The notes below the pieces were generated by a model. That model saw only the letters and a list, made by a program, of their open reading frames with translations. It did not search any database and was not told the DNA's origin. 39,308 nucleotides of DNA from Eledone cirrhosa (lineage: Eukaryota). The position numbers and the translations under genes were made by a program. Within the stretch, counting starts at the first letter, position 1. Each line of letters starts with the position of its first letter. The stretch is from the NCBI GenBank assembly GCA_964016885.1, contig CAXHJY010000833.1, forward strand, positions 1 through 39,308, read 5' to 3'. Shown here one piece after another: positions 1 through 18,018 of the stretch.

Positions 1-180
1 ACTGTAAATGAGGTTGGTGTTAGGAAGGGCATCCAGCTGTAGAAATCAAGCCACATCAGTTCCTGTACGAGCAAGGCATGGTCAGCCGACCAGACACTGC
101 CCACAACAGGACAACCCGTCTAACCCATGCTAGCGTGGAAGAACGGACGTAAAACGGTGATGATGTTGATGATGATGATG

Positions 181-181
<1 letters not shown>
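1..181 (+). mobile_element. 3' part of a SINE ending in a (GAT)n tail
   Basis: TTAGGAAGGGCATCCAGCTGTAGAAA motif, then AACCCATGCTAGC...GGACGTAAAACG(ATG)n. This resembles invertebrate SINE bodies with RTE-like tails (from memory). Confidence 0.6.
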
Positions 182-504
<323 letters not shown>

Positions 505-817
505 AGAATAAGGAGCAGGTATTGCAATAGCCTGGGATTCAAGGGCCCTCAACTCTTCAACAGGCTACCGAGGCATCTGCGAGACTTGCATGACGTGGAG
601 GTGGATGTCTTTAAGAAACATCTCGACACCTTGTTATCCAGGATCCCGGATGAGCCCACAGCAAGGCACGGGGGAAACCTGAGGGCAGCAGCAACAAACT
701 CCCTCCTACACCAGTGGCAAACCTATACAGGCTGGAGATAAAATGTGTAGCAACAAGGGCGGTGCCCCAGCATGGCCTCAGCCGGATGGCTGAAACAGGT
801 GAAAGAGTAAAAAAAAA
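505..817 (+). mobile_element. 5'-truncated CR1-group LINE 3' end (ORF2 C-terminus, 3'UTR, poly-A)
   Basis: Frame 505-741 reads [51 protein letters not shown]...[10 protein letters not shown]...*, followed by a GGTGCCCCAGCATGGCC tail and an A-run. Flanked by (TA)n on both sides. Confidence 0.75.
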
Positions 818-3405
<2,588 letters not shown>

Positions 3406-3408
<3 letters not shown>

Positions 3409-6160
3409 AGTTTATGCATGTGATGTAGTAACTACGGCGTCCACTAAGACCTATATAGGATCAACCTCCACCCCCTTTAAGACCAGGTTTAACTCTCACC
3501 AATGCACTTTTAGACATAATTAACTGAGGAACTCCACCTCCTTGGCAGCGTACGTCCATAATTTAAAAAATGCACGAACACATTACACACTTACTTGGCG
3601 GCAGGTTGCTAAATCCCATCCATATACTCCTCATAATAGAGTATGTAACCTATGCCTTGCCGAATCCCACTCTATTATATTTGCTAAATGCCCTCTACTA
3701 AATAGAAAGTCTGAAATATTTTCCTCTTGCCCCCACCGAATATTAAGCTCTTTCTTCTACTTTAAACCTGTTAGCTAGCACTTCCTTATTCCTCCAGTTG
3801 GGCTGTCTTGTGTAACTGTCTCTGACTGTGTGTAACTGTCTCCTATTGTTGGTCGTCTATGTATATGAGTCGGTGAATGTATACGTATGCCTGTGGGAGG
3901 ATATTGATCTGGATATTGGGGTGTGCAGGTGAGTGGGTGTGTATGTTAATAAGCACCCCTGTTTGGCACAGTGGATGTAACCCATCCACGCTTGCCTACC
4001 CACCATTGGTGCATTGGTGGGTCTATCCTGACGTATATCTTGTGGATCTGTACCTCTGTATGCGCATGAGTTGTGATGTAATGTATTTATGTAAAGCGTG
4101 TACTGTGATTTAGGCTGCACTAATAGAAATTTAGCCTGTAACTGTGGGCGGACCTGTGCCATCCGCCGTAAGCAGTGGATACGTGGCGCATGTACGTGTT
4201 GCCCTCATATTCTGTGGTTTAAGATCTACAGGCTGACTTCTGGGAGCTCTTGCCCGGGGTTGTAGTCTTTCTAGCACGATCGGCCTTCCATATATTGACG
4301 GTCGTTGTTATGATCCCGAAAGTAACGTTTTTGCCCCGATAGCCCTCCGTAGTTACTAACGGTCTGTGTACACTTGAATCGGGCAATGGCACGTGCGGAC
4401 ATGATCATCTCCGTAGGATTTCAACTTTATTTTACTACATCTCATCGTATGTATTTATTTTGAATGTATTATCCGTGGTGGTGGGTCTGGCCTAATGTGG
4501 TATTTCGGTGTTTAATATCAGCTTTGACCCGGGTGTCCTACGCTGTGTGTGTGTGCGTGTGTGTCCGTGTATACATTTATATGTGTATGGGTGTAGGTGG
4601 TTGTATATGTCTGTATATAAAAAAATATATATATATATATATATGTATACCGTCTCTGCATATGCATGTGGTGTGTATATGTGCATATACGTGCTGAACA
4701 TATTGATGTGTACAATCTTGTGATGTCCCAATGCGGTGATTTAATGGCTCTTGAAGCTATTTTTTATATATCTTCTGTCTTTTTATATATCTTTTGTATG
4801 CGCTCCAACTGTGTCTGCTTGCTTTGGCTAACCCGCCTGCACCTCGCTTGCTAATGCACGTGAATTCTTCTACCTTCCTTCGATGCACCTCTCTCTGACC
4901 ATTGGACTCCTGCCCGGGTGTGAACCGGTTTGTGATTACCCCACCGCTCAACTGTGTGAATGCACACCCGCGACTTTCGAGTGAACTTTTGAGACTGCCC
5001 AACCTGGGACGCCTCCATTGCCTTGCAATGGTCAAGTGATACTGGTGACTGTGACACTTAGTGCCTTCGTGGGCCCCTGATATTTTCAAGAAATATATTT
5101 TTTTAAAATGGTCAAGTGATACACATAACTGTGACACTTAGTGCCTTCGTGGGCCCCTGATATATTCAAGAGATATATTTAAAAAAAATATATATCTTAT
5201 CTCAATTTACTTTATTTCATTTTATTTTATGTTATTTCATTTCATGTTATCTAATTTTATTTATTTACTTATTTAATTCCATTTATTTATTTATTTACTT
5301 ATTTATTTATTTATTTACTTACTTATTTATTTATTTATTTATTTATTTAAATTTAATTTTAATTTTAATTTTAATTTTAATTTTATTTATTTATTTAATT
5401 TTTATTTATTTATTTATTTATTTATTTAATTACATTTAATTATATCTTATATTATATTAATTTAACTTAGTCTATTTTATTTTATTTTAGTTTACCTTAT
5501 TTTATCTTATTTTATGATTAAATTATATTATGTTCTATTTTATATAATTTTAATTTTAATTTTATATTATTTTATCTCATTCCTTACCCTGTATCACTAT
5601 TATCTGTATATTTTATATTTTATATGTAAGTTTGTTATGTATTTCTTTATATTTTCTTATATATATTATAAGTCTGTTTTTCACCTATTTTTTACCTACT
5701 CTTACCTAATCCTATCTATCTTATCTACTCTTGTCTGTTCTCTTATCCATGTGTATGCTTGTATGTAACTATATGTTGACAGCACCCCGCCAAACTGTGA
5801 CTGATAGCACCCCTTATTTTTCATTGTTTATTTTATTATCTTATTTTTATTTTTATTTTTATTCTTATCTTTATTTTTACTTTTACTTCCGTAATATCCT
5901 TTATCGTCTATTATTATTTTTCATTCTTCAATGTCTTGGATTTGTTATTGCTTGTATGGTATGTAATTAACCTTTATGCTCTGATGAGTCCCACTTAGAG
6001 TGCGGATGAAACAATGTTAGCAAGTAAAGATATGCATATGCTATAGGCGTTCTTTGTTATTTATTATATCACGGCTCTGTCCTCAGACATTGAGCTAACC
6101 TTATACTGCCTGCTGGATAAGTGGAGTGTTATACACCCCTGATCCTCTCCCTATTATACT
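3406..6160 (+). mobile_element. Upstream pseudo-LTR (5'-truncated tandem copy) of PLE family A: GIY-YIG end plus 3'UTR
   Basis: Near-identical to ~8377-11100. Starts at ATAGTTTATGCATGTGATG, has a TAA where the downstream copy has AAA (3521), and ends at CCTCTCCCTATTATAC(TA)n. Confidence 0.92.
5972..6029 (+). ncRNA. Minimal type-I hammerhead ribozyme (family A, copy 1)
   Basis: CTTTA-TGCT CTGATGA GTCC-CAC ttaga GTG-c-GGAT GAAA C aat G TT AGCA-ag-TAAAG. Stems I and II pair; stem III is very short. Predicted cleavage after GUU at 6018. Confidence 0.85.
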
Positions 6161-6257
6161 ATATATATATATATTTATATATATATATATATATTTATCA
6201 ATATATATATAAACTTTGATATACGCGGATTTGTGTCCTTGTATATTATCAGGCAGT

Positions 6258-8748
6258 ATGCTAACAAAGACATACTTACCCATTTCCTTGAAGAATATTC
6301 CCCCCCCCCCCTAAAATCTCATATGAGAAATCACTGATAACTAGCATAAACTCATTCGTAAAACGTGTTCGGTGGCGTGCGTTCCATTTTGATAAGAAGT
6401 ATGATAGCCCTGAAGAGAGGCGTAGTTTTAATAATTATGGATTTAAGACCTATAGGAGCCCCCCGCATAATAGCCTGTTGGATAACTTCGAAAGTGAGCT
6501 ATTATCCCTTGTTAGGAATATTAGATATAAAAAATCTAGATGTACCAATAAATTTCAGAGTAAACTAAGTTCAATCGTTAGGGACTTTAGGGATAATAAA
6601 TCCATTCTGGTCCCCTCTGACAAAACTAAAAACTTATATAGTATGGATTATAAAACCTATCGAGGCTTCATTTATAATGAACTACATAGGAACTACAAAA
6701 AAACAACGCAGAGTAATTTAGATAATATTAATCTTGAGGGGTATAACATAGTGGTAAAACTAGGTCTGGATAAACACACTCAGCCTTATTACCCCAACCA
6801 GCCTAGATTCACCCTCAAGGACCACAAGGAAGATTTTATTAGCAGACCCTCAGTTAGGCTTATCTGCCCCTCCAAGTCTGACCTGGGGATTATTAGTAAG
6901 GGAATCTTGGATAGCGTTATTCCCCTGGTTAGAGAAAAAACTTTCCTTGAGCTTTGGGGTAACACTAGTGAGGTCATTACGTGGTTCTCTACGGATTGTG
7001 GTCGCGACTCACTCAAATTCATCCAATTTGATATTGATGCTTATTATACATCTATATCTCCTATTATCCTCAATAAGGCCCTCATCCTAGCCATGCAGAG
7101 GGGGGCAATTACAAGGCCACAGATAGATATTGTTCTCGCTGCACGTAAAACCATTATCATGTTTGAGGATAATCTATGGACGAGAAAAAACACACCTGAT
7201 AATTTTGACATTACTATGGGGTCGAGTGACTCTGCTCAAGTCACCGACTTAGTTGGGCTATACCTCCTCAATGAACTGCATAGTAACTTCCATTTCCTTA
7301 GGGGCGGTTTGTACCGGGATGACGCCCTACTCTCCATAGATACTAGTAAGTATAATATAGTGCGCATTAGGAAAAAGCTGCATAGTTTTTTTTAAACATT
7401 TAACCTATCCATTACTATGGATATAAATGATAGAACTGTGAACTTCCTGGATGTTACATTGGACTTGGATAACCATACGTACACACCGTACCATAAGCCT
7501 AATGAATTGCTGACTTACGTGAATACCAACTCTAACCACCCTAGGTCGGTCATCAGCGGTATACTGAAGGGCGTATCTAACAGAATAAGTTCACTCTCAC
7601 ATAGTGAGGAGGCGTTTGACTCGCAGGCTGATTACTATAATGATGCCTTAGCTAGATCCGGCTTTAGGGACAAATTGTATTACACCCAGGGAAATAATAG
7701 TCCTAATAGTAGCTCTACCAGTGTTGTTATAACACATAATATGTCCATTGGTAATGGAGGTGTCGCGAATGGGAGGGTTCTAAATGCCGGTGGAATGAAG
7801 CAGCAGGGCACCATTAGTCTAAGTAATAGCAATAGAGGTGTCGTGAATGGGAGGTTTCTAGATGCCGGTGGAATGAACCAGCAGGGCACCATTAGTCTAA
7901 GTAATAGCAATGGTAGGCCTCGCAGCTTCCCGCATAGACTAGGTGAGCATAGGAACCGTAGAAATAATAATGCTAATAATACTGATGGAAATAGAAAGAA
8001 TAAAAAGAATAGAAGAAGATTGAATACATACTTCAACCCCCCTTTTAATTCTGAAGTGGCTATAAATATTCCTAGGGCCTTCTTCTCTGTGTTAGAAAGG
8101 AACTTCCCTCCTGGTAATAGGTACCACTCTATCCTCAATAAGAATGTTGTTAAACATTCGTATTCTACAACCCAAAATCTGGCCTCTCATCTGGCCATTA
8201 CTAATAATAAGAAAATAAAGGAAGGCCTGGACAACCTAAGCCTAGGGGAAAACACGATAGTGGACAGAGTGGGCAGAAATACAAGTGGTGATCATTCTGA
8301 GAATAGCATCACCAGAGGTTGTAACTGTAGAAGGGCTTCAGGCTGCCCCCTGAATGGTTTCTGCCTTGTTAGAAACATAGTTTATGCATGTGATGTAGTA
8401 ACTACGGCGTCCATTAAGACCTATATAGGATCAACCTCCACCCCCTTTAAGACCAGGTTTAACTCTCACCAATGCACTTTTAGACATAATAAACTGAGGA
8501 ACTCCACCTCCTTGGCAGCGTACGTCCATAATTTAAAAAATGCACGAACACATTACACACTTACTTGGCGGCAGGTTGCTAAATCCCATCCATATACTCC
8601 TCATAATAGAGTATGTAACCTATGCCTTGCCGAATCCCACTCTATTATATTTGCTAAATGCCCTCTACTAAATAGAAAGTCTGAAATATTTTCCTCTTGC
8701 CCCCACCGAATATTAAGCTCTTTCTTCTACTTTAAACCTGTTAGCTAG
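6258..8748 (+). pseudogene. PLE polyprotein (reverse transcriptase + Cys-rich linker + GIY-YIG endonuclease), ~829 aa, two lesions
   Basis: ATG 6258 gives MLTKTYLPISLKNIPPPP, then +1 C in the C12 run (6300-6311), then KISYEKSLI..FVKRVRWRAF. RT motifs FDIDAYYTSI, MGSSDSAQVTDLVG, YRDD, NFLDVTL, KPN..YVNTNSNHP. Linker CNCRRASGCPLNGFC. Endonuclease NIVY..YIGST..FKTRF..CNLC..E..LLN..CPH. Track ORFs 6478-7395 and 7417-8748 are in the same frame, separated by TAA 7393-7395 at a T8/A3 run. Confidence 0.93.
7759..7914 (+). repeat. 78-bp in-frame tandem duplication inside the PLE ORF
   Basis: GVANGRVLNAGGMKQQGTISLSNSNR / GVVNGRFLDAGGMNQQGTISLSNSNG. Confidence 0.9.
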
Positions 8749-10348
8749 CACTTCCTTATTCCTCCAGTTGGGCTGTCTTGTGTAACTGTCTCTAAATGTG
8801 TAACTGTCTCCTATTGTTGGTCGTCTATGTATATGAGTCGGTGAATGTATACGTATGCCTGTGGGAGGATATTGATCTGGATATTGGGGTGTGCAGGTGA
8901 GTGGGTGTGTATGTTAATAAGCACCCCTGTTTGGCACAGTGGATGTAACCCATCCACGCTCGCCTACCCACCATTGGTGCATTGGTGGGTCTATCCTGAC
9001 GTATATCTTGTGGATCTGTATCTCTGTATGCGCATGAGTTGTGATGTAATGTATTTATGTAAAGCGTGTACTGTGATTTAGGCTGCACTAATAGAAATTT
9101 AGCCTGTAACTGTGGGCGGACCTGTGCCATCCCGCCGTAAGCAGTGGATACGTGGCGCATGTACGTGTTGCCCTCATATTCTGTGGTTTAAGATCTACAG
9201 GCTGACTTCTGGGAGCTCTTGCCCGGGGTTGTAGTCTTTCTAGCACGATCGGCCTTCCATATATTGACGGTCGTTGTTATGATCCCGAAAGTAACGTTTT
9301 TGCCCCGATAGCCCTCCGTAGTTACTAACGGTCTGTGTACACTTGAATCGGGCAATGGCACGTGCGGACATGATCATCTCCGTAGGATTTCAACTTTATT
9401 TTACTACATCTCATCGTATGTATTTATTTTGAATGTATTATCCGTGGTGGTGGGTCTGGCCTAATGTGGTATTTCGGTGTTTAATATCAGCTTTGACCCG
9501 GGTGTCCTACGCTGTGTGTGTGTGCGTGTGTGTCCGTGTATACATTTATATGTGTATGGGTGTAGGTGGTTGTATATGTCTGTATATAAAAATATATATA
9601 TATATATATATGTATACCGTCTCTGCATATGCATGTGGTGTGTATATGTGCATATACGTGCTGAACATATTGATGTGTACAATCTTGTGATGTCCCAATG
9701 CGGTGATTTAATGGCTCTTGAAGCTATTTTTTATATATCTTTTGTATGCGCTCCAACTGTGTCTGCTTGCTTTGGCTAACCCGCCTGCACCTCGCTTGCT
9801 AATGCACGTGAATTCTTCTACCTTCCTTCGATGCACCTCTCTCTGACCATTGGACTCCTGCCCGGGTGTGAACGGTTTGTGATTACCCCACCGCTCAACT
9901 GTGTGAATGCACACCCGCGACTTTCGAGTGAACTTTTGAGACTGCCCAACCTGGGACGCCTCCATTGCCTTGCAATGGTCAAGTGATACTGGTGACTGTA
10001 ACACTTAGTGCCTTCGTGGGCCCCTGATATTTTCAAGAAATATATTTTTTAAAAATGGTCAAGTGATACACATAACTGTGACACTTAGTGCCTTCGTGGG
10101 CCCCTGATATATTCAAGAGATATATTTAAAAAAAATATATATCTTATCTCAATTTACTTTATTTCATTTTATTTTATGTTATTTCATTTCATGTTATCTA
10201 ATTTTATTTATTTACTTATTTAATTCCATTTATTTATTTATTTACTTATTTATTTATTTATTTACTTACTTATTTATTTATTTATTTATTTATTTAAATT
10301 TAATTTTAATTTTAATTTTAATTTTAATTTTATTTATTTATTTAATTT

Positions 10349-10380
<32 letters not shown>

Positions 10381-10920
10381 TTACATTTAATTATATCTTA
10401 TATTATATTAATTTAACTTAGTCTATTTTATTTTATTTTAGTTTACCTTATTTTATCTTATTTTATGATTAAATTATATTATGTTCTATTTATATAATTT
10501 TAATTTTAATTTTATATTATTTTATCTCATTCCTTACCCTGTATCACTATTATCTGTATATTTTATATTTTATATGTAAGTTTGTTATGTATTTCTTTGT
10601 ATTTTCTTATATATATTATAAGTCTGTTTTTCACCTATTTTTTACCTACTCTTACCTAATCCTATCTATCTTATCTACTCTTGTCTGTTCTCTTATCCAT
10701 GTGTATGCTTGTATGTAACTATATGTTGACAGCACCCCGCCAAACTGTGACTGATAGCACCCCTTATTTTTCATTGTTTATTTTATTATCTTATTTTTAT
10801 TTTTATTTTTATCTTATCTTTATTTTTACTTTTACTTCCGTAATATCCTTTATCGTCTATATTATTTTTCATTCTTCAATGTCTTGGATTTGTTATTGCT
10901 TGTTATGGTATGTAATTAAC

Positions 10921-10976
10921 CTTTATGCTCTGATGAGTCCACTTAGAGTGCGATGAAACAATGTTAGCAAGTAAAG
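10921..10976 (+). ncRNA. Minimal type-I hammerhead ribozyme (family A, copy 2)
   Basis: Same as 5972-6029 with two single-base deletions in stem II. Core CTGATGA...GAAAC..GTT is intact. Confidence 0.75.
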
Positions 10977-11099
10977 ATATGCATATGCTATAGGCGTTCT
11001 TTGTTATTTATTATCACGGCTCTGTCTCAGACATTGAGCTAACCTTTACTGCTGCTGGATAAGTGGAGTGTTATACACCCTGATCCTCTCCTATTTACT

Positions 11100-12515
<1,416 letters not shown>

Positions 12516-13660
12516 AGGCTGGGGATGCCGTGGCTAATGATGCGTAAACACGCATTAAGGCTACGGCACCTCTACGTATTCCTCACCGGACAACCGGTGT
12601 GGGCCTCGTTTGTGAGACGAACCTTTCCCAGACTCGTCTCACTCACCGAGCTGCAATCCTGGGTCAAGCAAAGACCGAGAAAACTGGGCGCCTGGCACAC
12701 TGAGTGTGCCCAGGCGCTCACCGCCCTCTGGCAGGCGGATCGGTTATCAGTGGAGACTCCACCGCAACATTCTATAGAGGGCTGGTACGCAGCAGGTGCG
12801 ACGACGCCCTCGGAGAAGCCCTAGACATGGAGGAGGACGAACTGGCCAGCCTGTTCGGTAGGACATTCAGCCCGGGACCTATGGACAACTTCCAGAAGTC
12901 CCTGGCCTGGCAGTGCTACCGAGGGGCTTTACCGTTCGAGAAAGGCTCTACAGACACGGGCGCCCGGGTAGGGACCCCGCCAAAAAGATCTGTCCCAGAT
13001 GCGTGTGCGACGAGGAAACCGTTGCACACGCATTAGTACACTGCTCGGGCGTAGCCGATCTGTGGGGCTATGTCGAACAACTGCTGTCAAGGGTGGGACC
13101 GATCCGGTTGACCACCGAGTCTATGTAATGATCAAGCGCCTCCCCCTTCAAAGATGATAGCAGAGGCGGTGTTTCTGTGCGTAATAGCCATGGCGAAAGA
13201 GGTTGTATGGTGGACGCGTCTGAAAGGACTGAGGTCGGGCACCTTTCTCTCTGGCCAACAACTGGTCCGTTTCTTCCGATATCATTTCGGAAGAAGGATC
13301 AGGATGGAGAGAGAGGTGCTGCACCCAGCCGTTTCTATGAAGATGGGTGAAAGTGGCGAGAATGGCCGTGTGAATGGGCCTTCACTCTACATCAGACTAT
13401 AGGTGAGGAAGATGAAAGACAAGGGAGCACCCCTTCTCTGTGCTCCTGAGGAGAAGGGTTGCACACTTTTTTCGGGGTGTGTGCGACCCCCCAAGGCGCT
13501 CCTCTCTATTGAGGATTTTGTTAAAAATTTTATTTTTTGTTATATCTTATTTTATTTTTATATTTTGTTATTGCCTCCTCTTATTGAGGACGCCTTTTTG
13601 TGTAAACTCCCCCCTTTGTACTTGTCCCACTTTGATGCCCTGGTGGCAAATAAAAGAAAC
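12516..13660 (+). mobile_element. 5'-truncated Tx1/L1-clade LINE 3' end, copy 1 (frameshifted)
   Basis: GLGMP..., WQCYRGALP(V)RERLYRHG...CPRC..ETVAHALVHC..LWGYV (zf-RVT-like CCHC C-terminus). 3'UTR ends AATAAAAGAAA, then TA/TCTA repeats. Confidence 0.85.
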
Positions 13661-13743
13661 ATATCTATCTATATAAATATATATCTATCTATCTATATAA
13701 ATATATATATAATATATATATATTATATATATATATATATATA

Positions 13744-13788
<45 letters not shown>

Positions 13789-13886
13789 ATCTATATATAT
13801 ATATATCTATATATCTCTATATATATATATATCTATATATATCTATATATATCTATATATCTATCTATCTCTCTATCTATATATAT

Positions 13887-14749
13887 ACGACGCCCTCGGA
13901 GAAGCCCTAGACATGGAGGAGGACGAACTGGCCAGCCTTTTCGGTAGGACATTCAGCCCGGGACCTATGGACAACTTCCAGAAGTCCCTGGCCTGGCAGT
14001 GCTACCGAGGGGCTTTACCCGTTCGAGAAAGGCTCTACAGACACGGGCGCCCGGGTAGGGACCCGCCAAAAAGATCTGTCCCAGATGCGTGTGCGACGAG
14101 GAAACCGTTGCACAGCATTAGTACACTGCTCGGGCGTAGCCGATCTGTGGGGCTATGTCGAACAACTGCTGTCAAGGGTGGGACCGATCCGGTTGACCAC
14201 CGAGTCTATTGTAATGATCAAGCCGCCTCCCCCTTCAAAGATGAAGCAGAGGCGGTGTGTTCTGTGCGTAATAGCCATGGCGAAAGAGGTTGTATGGTGG
14301 ACGCGTCTGAAAGGACTGAGGTCGGGCACCTTTCTCTCTGGCCAACAACTGGTCCGTTTCTTCCGATATCATTTCGGAAGAAGGATCAGGATGGAGAGAG
14401 AGGTGCTGCACCCCAGCCGTTTCTATGAAAGATGGGTGAAAGTGGCGAGAATGGCCGTGTGAATGGGCCTTCACTCTACATCAGACTATAGGTGAGGAAG
14501 ATGAAAGACAAGGGAGCACCCCTTCTCTGTGCTCCTGAGGAGAAGGGTTGCACACTTTTTTCGGGGTGTGTGCGACCCCCAAGGCGCCTCCTCTCTATTG
14601 AGGATTTTGTTAAAAATTTTATTTTTTGTTATATCTTATTTTATTTTTATATTTTGTTATTGCCTCCTCCTTATTGAGGACGCCTTTTTGTGTAAACTCC
14701 CCCTTTGTACTTGTCCCACTTTTGATGCCCTAGTGGCAAATAAAAGAAA
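13887..14749 (+). mobile_element. 5'-truncated Tx1/L1-clade LINE 3' end, copy 2
   Basis: Near-identical to ~12802-13660, with the same 3' end and a more downstream 5' truncation. Confidence 0.85.
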
Positions 14750-15054
<305 letters not shown>

Positions 15055-15251
15055 GTAGATAAATCTACCAAGAGTTTACGGTAGTGTCTAATCCGTATGA
15101 AGAACTCAATGTAATCCGGATATCATGGAAAGAAGAGATGCATTCAAAAATCACTTCCGGTGAAAGATAAACGGAATACAGAGTCAAGATAAAATATTAA
15201 AAAAATAATAAATAAAACAATGAAACAGTTCCTTATATTAAACAAAAAAAG

Positions 15252-15403
15252 TTCATTATTTATCGATCGTTTCTAGGACATATATGTGTTAGAATTGGCA
15301 TGCATATTCAACAGATCTATGTACAAAATTATACAAAATTATACAAACTATCAAATTTAATATACATACCAACACATATATATGCGTCTTCAGAAATAAT
15401 GAA
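15252..15403 (-). ncRNA. Type-I hammerhead with long stem II (family B, left arm; cleavage triplet mutated)
   Basis: Reverse complement reads TTCATTATTT CTGAAGA ...~113 nt... GAAACGATCGAT AAATAATGAA, with GAU in place of GUU. Confidence 0.55.
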
Positions 15404-16292
15404 ATATATTTATTGATAAAAACAACAATTCAAAATACAGGACTGTTTGGGAACAGAGTTCAAATTAACCAATGAAATACACAGAATATGTCCAGAAAAT
15501 ACAGTTAGGTGTGTGTATATATGTAAGTAACTTCGTTCACATATATGCATAAAAATATATGTTCACATGCATACGCATGTCGAAAAAATGTATGTAAATA
15601 CAAAAATTCAGGGCTAATGTCTCTGTATGTTTATAATCTACAGATAAAATACATATACGTATATAAACATATATACATTCATATATACACACATACACAT
15701 ACATTCACACAAACACGCGCATATACGCATAAACATACACATAACCACGAACATACACACACACACACACCCACACACACACATATATGTGTATATATTA
15801 TTATCATAAGCATATGGACATTAAGGCACGCACATAAACACTGCCACATATATTTAGGTCCAGATACAGAAAGTAGGTGGGGGGGTCAGTATTTACGTGT
15901 GTCAAACAAACTGCCTATTTAAAAATGTATCTATAAATTTAGAAATAAAAAGAAGAATATTAAAAAAATATATATATATAAACAAGTAAAATATAAAATA
16001 CACATCGATATATATACATATATATACATACACATATACATACACATATATATATATATATACACATATATATACATATATATACACACACATATATATA
16101 GAGACACATACATATACACATATAAATACATAGACACATATACATACACACATATATATATATATATATATACATATTCACAACACACATATATATATAT
16201 ACATATATATACACACACACACATGTACACACACATACACACACACCCATATATACATATATATACACACACACATACACACACACATATAG

Positions 16293-16345
<53 letters not shown>

Positions 16346-16913
16346 CATACACATACATATACACACATACACATACATATACGCATATATACACACACAC
16401 ACATCCATTTATGCATATACACATACAACTACACGCTCACACAACTCAGACATACATAAATAAAGAGATATACATACACACATATACATACATATATATA
16501 TATATATATATAGATAGATATATATACACACACATAAATATATATACACACACACAGACACAAATATACATACATATATATACACACACATATATATACA
16601 CATATATATATATATATATATACATATACTCATATACATATATATAAAATAAAGAAATAAATAAATAAATAAATAAATACACACGGTCAGACAATTATGC
16701 ACACAAATATATATATATATACACATACACTCATCAACTACAAATGTATATATATATATATATATATATATACACTCACATATACACGCACACATACGCG
16801 TATATATACACACAAACACATACACATAGACATATATATACACATATATATACACACACACATACATACATATACATACATACATACATACACACATACA
16901 TACATATACATAC

Positions 16914-16964
<51 letters not shown>

Positions 16965-17620
16965 ATCATACACCCTTATTTACATGCGAACATATGTATT
17001 TTTATACTCACATACAAGCACCCAAATATACATACCTACCTACATATACATACGTACATCCACGCTTACAAATATAAATAATTATAGGGGTGGGGGAATG
17101 GGATTATAGTAAATATAGGTTTCAAGGAACATAGAATATTAAATTGCATCTAGATCATAATATGTGTTTACATAGTAGTTTCAGTATTAGGAAATGTAAG
17201 AAAGAAAGCAAAATTATGCATTTTAATATAAGTAGACTATTAATTATAGGTTAACTAAATTAAAAATAGTTAATATATTGATTTCTAAGGTGTATACTAC
17301 TTCGGTTCATAATTTTTGAAGCGGAATTTTGAAGTTAAACAGTAGTAGAGTATTAATTATAGCATAACTAAATTAAAAATATTAACATTATGGTATCAAT
17401 ATTAGGAAATGAATTTAGTAATAGGGAAAAAAACCTAAACAAGTATTTCATCGGTAGTAGAATATAAATTATAGGTTAACTAAATTAAAAATTATATATT
17501 AATTTCTATAGTATATGTTAATTAGGTTTATAATAATTAAAACAGATTTTGTATTTTATCTATAGTAAAATGTGATTATAGGTTAACAAAAAATAAAAAA
17601 TAAAAAATAAAAAATAAAAA

Positions 17621-17657
<37 letters not shown>

Positions 17658-17936
17658 TATATATATATATATATATATATATAAATGAGACGTATGGAGA
17701 TTGTTTTAGCAAGAAGCTAACGGCATTCTATAACATATATGCGACTATAACGTCAAGATGGGAAAAGTAGTTAACGAAAGATTTAGGAAAAATAACTCAA
17801 ACTCATCTCAAAAGAGAATCAGGATACAAATTCATCCACAGAATTTAGTAAAATCCATGGAAAAATCTATAGACCTTTAACTCATGATAAAACAAAGTTT
17901 GAAACACTTATCCTTCAATTTGGAATAACATCAAAT

Positions 17937-18018
17937 GCTCTGTATAGTCTTAAAAGACTATTTCATGAAAACTTTCAGTGGAGATGGTCACGGTTGGAAT
18001 ATCATTCATCAGCAGAGC
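17937..18018 (-). ncRNA. Type-I hammerhead ribozyme (family C, copy 1)
   Basis: Reverse complement: GCTCTG CTGATGA ATGA..33 nt..TCAT GAAA TAGTC ttttaa GACTA TA CAGAGC. All three stems pair; AUA cleavage triplet. Confidence 0.88.

Noticed and set aside
7680-8138. 152-aa antisense ORF
   Set aside because: Shadow of the low-complexity PLE coding strand.
6258-8748. Selenoprotein-type Naiad
   Set aside because: No in-frame TGA; the only internal stop is TAA.
13403-14428. 341-aa ORF
   Set aside because: Chance fusion of LINE 3'UTR, microsatellite and the second LINE fragment.
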